DNA of 63,860 nt, the filler included, from the NCBI GenBank assembly GCA_964501035.1. It is 4 parts of 4 records of this genome, joined end to end, with 100 filler letters (N's around TTAATTAATTAA, not from the genome) between each part and the next. Parts side by side here need not be neighbours in the genome. Positions count along the whole stretch, not along the records: positions 1 to 16,770 come from CAZCRK010000034.1; positions 16,871 to 33,409 come from CAZCRK010000035.1; 2 more parts are not named here. One strand, 5' to 3'. Shown piece after piece: positions 11,061 to 18,496 of this stretch. The notes below the pieces were generated by a model. The model was not told the origin of the DNA, searched no databases, and saw nothing but the letters and a program-made list of their open reading frames with translations. Numbering within the stretch: position 1 is the first letter of the stretch; each line of letters begins with the position of its first letter. Made by a program: the position numbers and the translations under genes.

Positions 11061-11766
11061 TTTTACAGCCATATATTATAAAGAGCTCAAAGCATTTTTC
11101 AATAGCCCAATGGCGTATATCTTTTTAGTAATATTTGCTTTAGTGAACGGATATTTTTTCACAAACACTTTTTTCTTATTCAATCAATCAAATATGCGGG
11201 CATTATTTAATATTGTACCCCTCGTGTATTTGTTTTTTATCCCTGCGGTAACCATGGGATTAATTGCTCGAGAAAAAAATATTGGGACTATGGAGTTGAT
11301 ATCTACATTACCCATTAAAGATATCGAGTTTGTTCTTGGTAAATTTTTAGCAGGATTAACATTAATTGTAATTGGTCTTGGCGCAACATCAATTCATTTT
11401 ATAACTCTTGTTAATGTGGGGACTAATATTGATTACGGTGCTGTGTTTACTGGTTATTTTGGATTGATATTGCTAGGTGCAGTTTACTCTGCAGTGGGTA
11501 CATTTGCAAGTAGTGTCACAGATAATCAAGTAGTTGCATTTATTATTGGTGTGTTTATTGTTCTCATATTTTTCCTTATGGATAAGATGCTAGTGTTTAT
11601 ACCATCATCTCTTGCAGGAATTGTACAATATTTGAGTGTTGAATACCATTTATCCAATATTTCAAGAGGAGTAATTGACTCTCGTAATTTGGTGTATTTT
11701 GGTTCTGTAATTGGATTTTTCATTTTCATAACGAAGCAAGTTATGGAAATTAGAAAGTGGAGGTAA
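11053..11766 (+). CDS. ABC-2 permease (GldF-like)
   Basis: KELKAFFNSPMAY, IPAVTMG...EK..GTMEL, ~6 TM segments; ATG 11053 after SD GGAGG. Confidence 0.85.
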   Translation: MRNFTAIYYKELKAFFNSPMAYIFLVIFALVNGYFFTNTFFLFNQSNMRALFNIVPLVYLFFIPAVTMGLIAREKNIGTMELISTLPIKDIEFVLGKFLAGLTLIVIGLGATSIHFITLVNVGTNIDYGAVFTGYFGLILLGAVYSAVGTFASSVTDNQVVAFIIGVFIVLIFFLMDKMLVFIPSSLAGIVQYLSVEYHLSNISRGVIDSRNLVYFGSVIGFFIFITKQVMEIRKWR

Positions 11767-11770
11767 GCTG

Positions 11771-13273
11771 ATGACAACAAATATGAATAAGAAATCATTT
11801 ATTACATTTTCAGCAATAGTTATTGTTAGCTTAATTGTATTGAATTTAGTTGCTAGAAATTGGTTTTTCAGATGGGATTTAACTGAAAATAAAATGTATT
11901 CATTGTCAGAATCTAGTAGGTCAGTAGTATCAAAGATTGATGATATTTTCACCATGAAAGTATATTTTTCTGAAAACCTTCCAGCTCAATATGGTAACAA
12001 CGAGAGATATCTTCAAGATATTTTAGAAGAATATGCAGCATATTCAAGTGGCAATATTCAGTTTGAATTCTATCGACCAGAAAATGATGAAGATATGATT
12101 GAAGAAGCCCAAAAGTATGGCATCCAACCTGTTCAACTTCAAGTGATTGAAAATGATAAAGTAGAAATTGCCAGAGTATTCATGGGGATGGTGTTTATTT
12201 ATGAAGATCAACGCGAGGTAATTCCTGTTATTCAAACTACAACAGGTCTTGAGTATGATATTACATCACGCATCAAAAAAATGGTAGATGACACCAAGGC
12301 AAATATCGGAATAGCCACACGTGCAAGTCAAAATATTCAAAATCAAAATATCGCAGATATTCTTCGTCAACAATACACGGTTCAAAATGTAGATTTAGAA
12401 ACAGAAATTCCAATTACTATTTCTACTCTACTTATGCATGGAGTAAGTGACTCATTAACTACAGATGAAATGACAAATCTAAGTGCATACTTAGAACGTG
12501 GTGGTAAATTGTTTTTGAATCAAAATAGAGTTTCTGTAGATATTGCAACCCAAGAAGCCAATGCTATTGCTTCAAATATTTTTGATTTATTAGACAATTA
12601 CGGATTACATATTGAAGAAAACTTAGTCGTTGATAAATTATGTGGGCAAGTTAATGTGCAACAGAATATGGGTATTTTTAGAATGGCAGTTCCCATGGAT
12701 TACCCATTTTTACCAACCATTCAGAATTTTAACAACGATGAGGTAATCGTAAGTGGGTTAGAACAGTTACGAATGTTGTTCCCAAGTGAAATAATGTTAG
12801 ACTCGTTGGGTTCAGCCTCACCATTGCTCTTTACCTCTGACCAATCATCTTCAGTTACACAATACTACAATTTAAATCCAGACCCAAAACAGAACCCTAT
12901 TTTCAAACAATTAAAAGAACCTGGTAAAGTTGTAAGTGCACGAACTGAAACGGGTATGGGTGGAGAAATAATATTAACTGCAGATTCAAAATTTATGGCA
13001 GATGATGGCGGTGGCGGATCACCCGAAAATCATATTTTTATTCAAAATGTGGTTGATTATTTAATGGGTGATAGTGAACTTATTGCACTCCGATCTCGAG
13101 AGATAACAAACCGTCCACTATTGACAGAAGCTGAAGGGTTAGATGATGATGCGAAATCACGTTGGAAATGGATAAATATTTTACTTCCATCAGTGTTAGT
13201 AATGGGTTTTGGTTTTGTCCGGCTTAGAAACGAGAAAAAACGAACTGCATTTTTGGAGGAAATTTATGACTAA
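11771..13273 (+). CDS. GldG-like ABC auxiliary component
   Basis: RWDLTENKMYSLS, GIQPVQ, LEYDIT; N- and C-terminal TM anchors. Confidence 0.85.
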   Translation: MTTNMNKKSFITFSAIVIVSLIVLNLVARNWFFRWDLTENKMYSLSESSRSVVSKIDDIFTMKVYFSENLPAQYGNNERYLQDILEEYAAYSSGNIQFEFYRPENDEDMIEEAQKYGIQPVQLQVIENDKVEIARVFMGMVFIYEDQREVIPVIQTTTGLEYDITSRIKKMVDDTKANIGIATRASQNIQNQNIADILRQQYTVQNVDLETEIPITISTLLMHGVSDSLTTDEMTNLSAYLERGGKLFLNQNRVSVDIATQEANAIASNIFDLLDNYGLHIEENLVVDKLCGQVNVQQNMGIFRMAVPMDYPFLPTIQNFNNDEVIVSGLEQLRMLFPSEIMLDSLGSASPLLFTSDQSSSVTQYYNLNPDPKQNPIFKQLKEPGKVVSARTETGMGGEIILTADSKFMADDGGGGSPENHIFIQNVVDYLMGDSELIALRSREITNRPLLTEAEGLDDDAKSRWKWINILLPSVLVMGFGFVRLRNEKKRTAFLEEIYD

Positions 13274-13829
13274 GAATATGAAAATCAGCATAGCTGTACT
13301 TGCAGTATTAATTGGATTATACTTTTTAAATTCAAGCAGTCAAAAACAATATACAAGTTCATCAAGCGATTTGTTCACTGGCAACGTAGATGATATCCAT
13401 AAAATACTCATTCAAAAGGGTGATGATATTTTAGAATTAGCCAAATTCGACACAGTGTGGACGATTACAGGTCATGATACTTTGGAAATCAAAGAACGCT
13501 CAATGAGTAGTTTACTTGATAGAGTACTCACTGTTAAAAAAGAAAACATTGTAACGAAGAAACAAGAAAAATGGGATGTGTATTCAATTACAGATTCAAT
13601 GGGAACGCATCTGGGCTTAATTGATAAAGCAGGTGAAACTCTTGCATATTTTGTTTTCGGTCAATCAAAGACAGATTATTCGCATAACTATGTTCGTACT
13701 CGGGAAAATACAAATGTATATCTAACCAGTGAAAATGTAATATATAATTTACAAACCCGACCCCAATATTGGGGTGAAAAACCCAAAGAAGAAATTCCAG
13801 AACCTGAAGAAATTAATTCTGAAGAATAA
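13266..13829 (+). CDS. DUF4340-like periplasmic protein
   Basis: Single N-terminal TM; typical position after a gldG-like gene; ATG 13266 after SD GGAGG. Confidence 0.65.
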   Translation: MTKNMKISIAVLAVLIGLYFLNSSSQKQYTSSSSDLFTGNVDDIHKILIQKGDDILELAKFDTVWTITGHDTLEIKERSMSSLLDRVLTVKKENIVTKKQEKWDVYSITDSMGTHLGLIDKAGETLAYFVFGQSKTDYSHNYVRTRENTNVYLTSENVIYNLQTRPQYWGEKPKEEIPEPEEINSEE

Positions 13830-13831
13830 GT

Positions 13832-13862
13832 AAAAAGCCCAGTTTTAAAACTGGGCTTTTTT
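13832..13862. terminator. Bidirectional intrinsic terminator
   Basis: Perfect 30-bp palindrome AAAAAGCCCAGTTTT/AAAACTGGGCTTTTT between convergent genes. Confidence 0.85.
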
Positions 13863-13887
13863 ATTATCTGTGGATTGTTTAATCTGC

Positions 13888-14325
13888 TTACTCTCCTAAT
13901 CCATTTGACCAAAACACATCACCGTAGGAATCATTTATTTGTATGAGTCCATTTTGATTGTTTTTTGATTGCGTACCAATATAGGCGACACGGTTATCCA
14001 TTGCATTTCGAAGTTGTAAATATCCACCACCGCCCATTTGACCACCCAGATAAGAAGTCATATGTCCTTTGTAAAATGTAGTGAAATATCCTTTTCCGCC
14101 CATAGTTGTACTTCTACGATTAACATGGCTAAACGTATTCACAATCCCATCACCCTCTTGCAGTGTAAGTTCAATACGTTTTTCACCATCTTCATCGACG
14201 ATAGTTATACTATTTGCAACGATATCACCATAATTTTCGTTGCCATCCGTAAACCCAAGTACCATAAATAAAATAATAGTAAACAGTCCACCAATGATTG
14301 CTGATTTAAAATCGATAGTTTTCAT
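13888..14325 (-). CDS. Hypothetical protein with N-terminal TM and beta-rich body
   Basis: SD GGAGGA before ATG 14325; MKTIDFKSAIIGGLFTIILFMVLGF anchor. Confidence 0.7.
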   Translation of the reverse strand: MKTIDFKSAIIGGLFTIILFMVLGFTDGNENYGDIVANSITIVDEDGEKRIELTLQEGDGIVNTFSHVNRRSTTMGGKGYFTTFYKGHMTSYLGGQMGGGGYLQLRNAMDNRVAYIGTQSKNNQNGLIQINDSYGDVFWSNGLGE

Positions 14326-14406
14326 AATCTCCTCCGTAGTTAAGGTTTTAAAATACAAAAAAATATTATTTTAGCCCCATTGTTTTTATAAATTCATTTT
14401 TCAGCT

Positions 14407-14435
14407 TTGAATGTGTAAAATAATTTGTTTACTTT
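14407..14435 (+). promoter_or_regulatory. Putative sigma70 promoter of carAB
   Basis: TTGAAT-N17-TACTTT; predicted +1 falls on or next to ATG 14443. Confidence 0.45.
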
Positions 14436-14442
14436 TTGACTA

Positions 14443-14529
14443 ATGCGAGATAAGAAAATCAAGAATAACACAGTAATAGCTCCGAAAAGGGAGCTATTTT
14501 TTTACCCAATATTTATAAAAAACCTATAA
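14443..14529 (+). CDS. Putative leaderless leader peptide (28 aa) of carA
   Basis: MRDKKIKNNTVIAPKRELFFYPIFIKNL*; reads through the leader hairpin and stops 10 nt before carA. Confidence 0.35.
   Translation: MRDKKIKNNTVIAPKRELFFYPIFIKNL
14475..14503 (+). terminator. Terminator/attenuator hairpin in the carA leader
   Basis: AATAGCTCC-GAAAAG-GGAGCTATT with a 7-T run; no same-strand gene lies immediately upstream. Confidence 0.7.
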
Positions 14530-14539
14530 GATTGCTCAA

Positions 14540-15739
14540 TTGAATTCCTCAAAAGCTAAATTAGTTTTATCCAATGGAACCATTTTTTCGGGCGTTGCAT
14601 TTGGTGCTATTGGAGAAACGATTGGCGAAGTATGTTTTAATACAGGAATGACAGGGTATCAAGAGATATTAACCGACCCCTCTTATTGTGGTCAATTGGT
14701 TACACTTACATATCCCCACGTTGGTAACTATGGTGTAAACCTTGAGGATATTGAATCACATAAAATTCAAACTGCGGGATTTATTGTTAAAGAAGAAACT
14801 GTAATACCTTCCAATTTTAGATCCACTAAGTCAGTTGGTGATTATTTACGAGAACAAAATATTGTGGGAATTCAACATATTGATACACGTATGCTCACTC
14901 GCATTATTCGTTCTGAGGGGGCAATGAATGGAATTATTAGTTCTGTTGACATGGATGAAAAAAGTTTGTTGGAGAAGGTAAAATCTGCACGGTCAATGAA
15001 TGGACAAGATTTGGCAAAGGAAGTTACATGTCCAAAAGTTTATGAATGGAAACCCACTTCTAACTTCCCCCTCGAAACTTCCAACTTCCCCCTTCCCTCT
15101 TCTAACTTCCAACTTCCATCTTCACACTTCCAACTTCCCCCTTCAAACTTCAAAGTTGCTGTTTTAGATTTTGGAGTTAAAACCAATATTTTACGATTAT
15201 TATCAATCTCGGGTTGTGACTTAACCGTATTTCCTGCAACAAGTACGGCTGATGAAATAATGAACTATAATCCAGATGGAATATTTTTATCCAATGGTCC
15301 GGGAGATCCTTCAGCAGTGACCTATGCTATAGAAACAGTTAAACAATTGTTAGGTCAAAAACCTATGTTTGGGATTTGCTTAGGTCATCAAATCTTGGCT
15401 TTAGCTTTGGGTGCAAAGACGTATAAATTAAAATTTGGACATAGAGGTTGCAACCATCCAGTAAAAAATTATCAGTCTCATTCGGTTGAAATAACTAGTC
15501 AAAATCATGGATTTGCAGTAGATGCATCGACATTGCCAAGCAATATTGAGATTACACATACCAGTTTGAATGATGATACAGTTGAAGGTATCCGATGTTC
15601 AGATATTTCAGCATTTTCGGTTCAATATCACCCAGAATCTAGTCCGGGTCCACATGATAGTCGATACTTGTTTGAAGAATTTATCAAAATGATGGAGTTG
15701 AACACCACGAAGACCCAGAGGCACAGAGAACATGTTTAG
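14540..15739 (+). CDS. carA: Carbamoyl-phosphate synthase small subunit
   Basis: GEVCFNTGMTGYQE, SNGPGDP, FGICLGHQ, QYHPE; TTG start; carries an inserted repeat. Confidence 0.96.
   Translation: MNSSKAKLVLSNGTIFSGVAFGAIGETIGEVCFNTGMTGYQEILTDPSYCGQLVTLTYPHVGNYGVNLEDIESHKIQTAGFIVKEETVIPSNFRSTKSVGDYLREQNIVGIQHIDTRMLTRIIRSEGAMNGIISSVDMDEKSLLEKVKSARSMNGQDLAKEVTCPKVYEWKPTSNFPLETSNFPLPSSNFQLPSSHFQLPPSNFKVAVLDFGVKTNILRLLSISGCDLTVFPATSTADEIMNYNPDGIFLSNGPGDPSAVTYAIETVKQLLGQKPMFGICLGHQILALALGAKTYKLKFGHRGCNHPVKNYQSHSVEITSQNHGFAVDASTLPSNIEITHTSLNDDTVEGIRCSDISAFSVQYHPESSPGPHDSRYLFEEFIKMMELNTTKTQRHREHV
15057..15154 (+). repeat. 7-bp tandem repeat (CTTCNNN x14) inside carA
   Basis: Units CTTCTAA, CTTCCCC, CTCGAAA, CTTCCAA ... 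CTTCAAA; translated as repeated SNF(P/Q)L(P/E)x. Confidence 0.92.
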
Positions 15740-15875
15740 ATTAAAATTCTTAAAAAGTCCGGAAAAAAATTGTTACTAGAAAAAGAGCAAACACAGAAAA
15801 TTGTCGGAGTCTACTTATGAAACATAATGTAGATATTAATAATCTTTTTTCTCCGTGTCCCAGTGTCACGGTGGT
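15704..15875 (+). pseudogene. Decayed GxxExxY-type cassette with imperfect inverted repeats
   Basis: 27-nt inverted repeats 15704-15730 and 15849-15875 (19/27 identical) enclose a fragment LLLEKEQTQKIVG* (15770-15820) resembling GxxExxY N-termini. Confidence 0.55.
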
Positions 15876-15883
15876 AAATCTCT

Positions 15884-16770
15884 ATGCCTAAACGAACTGA
15901 CATCAATTCAATTCTTATCATAGGTGCTGGTCCAATCATTATTGGTCAAGCTTGTGAGTTTGATTATTCTGGTACTCAAGCATGCAGAGCATTGCGGGAA
16001 GAGGGGTATCGAATTATTTTGGTGAATTCTAACCCTGCCACTATAATGACGGATAAAAACCTTGCAGATGCAACATATTTAGAACCAGTTACTCCAGAAG
16101 CGGTTACAGCCATCATTGAAAAGGAAAGACCCGATGCTATTTTGCCAACTGTAGGTGGACAAACTGCATTAGATACTGCCATGGCTTTGTATGAAAATGG
16201 TGTTTTAGAAAAATACAATATTGAATTGATTGGTGCTCAAGTGGATGCTATCAAACGGGCTGAAAACCGTGAAGAGTTTAAACAGGCTATGGATGAGATA
16301 GGTATTGAAACTGCTAAGGGTGGATTTGCAACGACTTTTCAAAAAGCCAACTCAATTATTGAGGATATTTCTTTTCCAATTATAATCCGCCCATCATTTA
16401 CAATGGGGGGAACCGGTGGCTCGGTTGCGTATAATATTGAAGAATTTACTGAATTAGTAGAAAATGGATTATCTGCAAGTCCAATTTCTGAAGTGTTAAT
16501 TGAAGAATCTCTTTTGGGTTGGAAAGAATTTGAAATGGAAGTGGTGCGGGATGGTAATGACAATGCAATCATCATTTGTTCCATTGAAAATATTGATCCT
16601 ATGGGTGTGCATACTGGAGATTCTATCACAGTTGCCCCCGCTCAAACTTTATCAGATAAAGAATACCAAAAAATGCGAAATTGGTCTATTCAATGTTTAC
16701 GCAAAATTGGGGTAGATACGGGTGGTTCAAACGTACAATTTGCAGTAAATCCTGAAAATGGTCGCATGAT
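15884..16770 (+). CDS. carB: Carbamoyl-phosphate synthase large subunit, truncated by contig end
   Basis: [35 protein letters not shown]. Confidence 0.96.
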
Positions 16771-16870
16771 NNNNNNNNNNNNNNNNNNNNNNNNNNNNNN
16801 NNNNNNNNNNNNNNTTAATTAATTAANNNNNNNNNNNNNNNNNNNNNNNNNNNNNNNNNNNNNNNNNNNN
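16771..16870. other. Artificial contig spacer
   Basis: N44-TTAATTAATTAA-N44 six-frame-stop linker. Confidence 0.97.
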
Positions 16871-16966
16871 GTATGCCCTGCAGGATGGAATAAAGGTGAT
16901 GATGGTATGAATCCAAGTGATTCTGGTATGAAAAAATATGTTTCAGATAATGTAAAATCTTTATAA
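16871..16966 (+). CDS. C-terminal fragment of a 2-Cys peroxiredoxin (AhpC/TSA)
   Basis: Not in the ORF track: VCPAGWNKGDDGMNPSDSGMKKYVSDNVKSL*, with the resolving-Cys motif VCPAGW. Confidence 0.8.
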   Translation, partial: VCPAGWNKGDDGMNPSDSGMKKYVSDNVKSL

Positions 16967-16985
16967 TTAATATATAGGAGAAGTT

Positions 16986-17678
16986 ATGGATAATTTTGTG
17001 CATGGTAGTCTTGGATATATGCTGTTTAAATGGATACATTTCTTAGCAGGTGTTACCTGGATTGGTGTCTTATATTATTTTAATTTCATTCAAGGTGAAT
17101 GGTTTAAAGAAATAAAAGATCAAGTAAAAGGTGAAGCTGTAAGGACTTTAGTTCCTAGAGCATTATGGTGGTTTAGATGGGGTGCTATGTTTACTTTTAT
17201 TTCTGGAGCTCTCATGCTAATGATTCATGCTCATGATGGTGGATTTGCAAGATCTACTACATATAATGTATACATTTATACTGGTGCTCTAATGGGAACA
17301 TTTATGTTTTTAAATGTATGGCTAATTATTTGGCCAGCTCAAAAAGTTGTAATAGCTTCTTCTGAAAGTGTTTCCGGAGGAGGGAAACCTAATCCTGAGG
17401 CAGCCAGCTGTCTTGCTAAGGCAGGTTTAGCATCTAGAACAAATACATTATTTTCATTGCCTATGTTATTTTTTATGGGTGCTGCTAGAAATCTATCTGA
17501 TTTAAATTTAACTGGGTTTCCACAAAATGCACTCATTACTGTAACATTGATTATTTTATTTGTTGAAGCTAATGCAATAAAAGGAAAAATGGGCTATATG
17601 GCAAGTGTTAAGGGTGTAATACATTGTGGGCTAGTTCTTACATTATTACTATATCTTGGATTTAAACTTTCAATTTAG
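16986..17678 (+). CDS. PuuD/Urate_ox_N-like membrane protein lacking the fused cytochrome domain
   Basis: WIHFLAGVTWIGVLYYFNF, ALWWFRWGA, NVWLIIWPAQK, SRTNT..S.PMLFFM. Confidence 0.8.
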   Translation: MDNFVHGSLGYMLFKWIHFLAGVTWIGVLYYFNFIQGEWFKEIKDQVKGEAVRTLVPRALWWFRWGAMFTFISGALMLMIHAHDGGFARSTTYNVYIYTGALMGTFMFLNVWLIIWPAQKVVIASSESVSGGGKPNPEAASCLAKAGLASRTNTLFSLPMLFFMGAARNLSDLNLTGFPQNALITVTLIILFVEANAIKGKMGYMASVKGVIHCGLVLTLLLYLGFKLSI

Positions 17679-17690
17679 TAATTATTATTA

Positions 17691-18035
17691 TTGCAGAAAT
17701 ATTTTTTTATATTATTTAGTCTTTTTTTTCTACTCGTATCATGCAATAAAAAAACAGATGATATAACTACTTTAGCTGTATCTGAATCGTACTTAAAGGG
17801 CGAGGCTATATATAAAGGAATATGTGTTGCATGTCATAATAGAGACCCTCATAAACCAGGAAACTTAGGCCCTGATGTGGCTGGATCAAATTTGGCCCTT
17901 ATTAGAAGTATGATTATGACCGGAGATCCACCAATTGGTGTAGATTCAAAATGGCCAGATATGAAAATGGTTCCTCTACCACATTTAGAAAGTCAAATAC
18001 CTCATATATATGAATATTTAAAGACTTTTGAATAG
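17691..18035 (+). CDS. Monoheme cytochrome c lipoprotein
   Basis: Lipobox LVSC, CVACH heme motif, distal Met candidate (MKMVP). Confidence 0.8.
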   Translation: MQKYFFILFSLFFLLVSCNKKTDDITTLAVSESYLKGEAIYKGICVACHNRDPHKPGNLGPDVAGSNLALIRSMIMTGDPPIGVDSKWPDMKMVPLPHLESQIPHIYEYLKTFE

Positions 18036-18115
18036 GAAGGGTGGACAACGGCTGTCAAGCGGTCTTGAAAACCGTCGCCCCTATGGGGTTGCAGGTTCGA
18101 ATCCTGTCCCTTCCG
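18035..18115 (+). tRNA. tRNA-Ser(TGA), atypical D-arm, CCA not encoded
   Basis: Acceptor GGAAGGG/CCCTTCC, anticodon arm GCGGT-CTTGAAA-ACCGT, long variable arm, T arm GCAGG-TTCGAAT-CCTGT, discriminator G. Confidence 0.85.
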
Positions 18116-18122
18116 CAATACT

Positions 18123-18208
18123 GGAGAGTTGGCAGAGTGGTAATGCAGCGGATTGCTAATCCGTCATCGGGTACAACCGATGCATCAGTTCAAATCTGAT
18201 ACTCTCCG
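18123..18208 (+). tRNA. tRNA-Ser(GCT), CCA not encoded
   Basis: Acceptor GGAGAGT/ACTCTCC, GCGGA-TTGCTAA-TCCGT, long variable arm, ATCAG-TTCAAAT-CTGAT, discriminator G. Confidence 0.9.
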
Positions 18209-18218
18209 CACAATATCT

Positions 18219-18244
18219 AAAGACCTTCTTAGAAGGTCTTTTTT
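18219..18244 (+). terminator. Intrinsic terminator after the tRNAs
   Basis: AAAGACCTTCT-T-AGAAGGTCTTT followed by a T run. Confidence 0.8.
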
Positions 18245-18285
18245 ATATTTATAACTAAGATATGGTAAGTATAATTTCAGGTAAC

Positions 18286-18474
18286 TTAAATTTTAGTAAA
18301 CGTCTTACCTAGCTCATACGATTTCCCAGTAGCTCGGTACTTTTGACCTGTTTCCAAATCTTCAATAACCCATTTAGTTGGACATTTGGTTTTAATAATT
18401 AACTGTACTGATTTTTCAAGTTCAATGGCATTTTCGCCATTTCTCAATTTTCTAAATTTCTTTTTCTTGTCCAT
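18286..18474 (-). CDS. Small basic hypothetical protein
   Basis: 62-aa ORF after actF with a KTKCPTKW..EDLETGQKY segment that looks like a folded protein. Confidence 0.6.
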   Translation of the reverse strand: MDKKKKFRKLRNGENAIELEKSVQLIIKTKCPTKWVIEDLETGQKYRATGKSYELGKTFTKI

Positions 18475-18496
18475 GAATTAATATAATAAAATAGTT

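Noticed and set aside
15057..15154. CRISPR-like array
   Set aside because: 7-bp tandem units without spacers; no cas genes or repeat-spacer arrays were seen in the window.
16771..16870. TTAATTAATTAA palindrome flanked by Ns (also 33410-33509 and 49667-49766)
   Set aside because: Identical artificial six-frame-stop spacers; adjacency across them is meaningless and the truncated carB and other edge genes are not pseudogenes.
18035..18115. Possible tRNA-Sec or allo-tRNA
   Set aside because: The anticodon is TGA, not TCA, and the acceptor/T stems are the standard 7/5.
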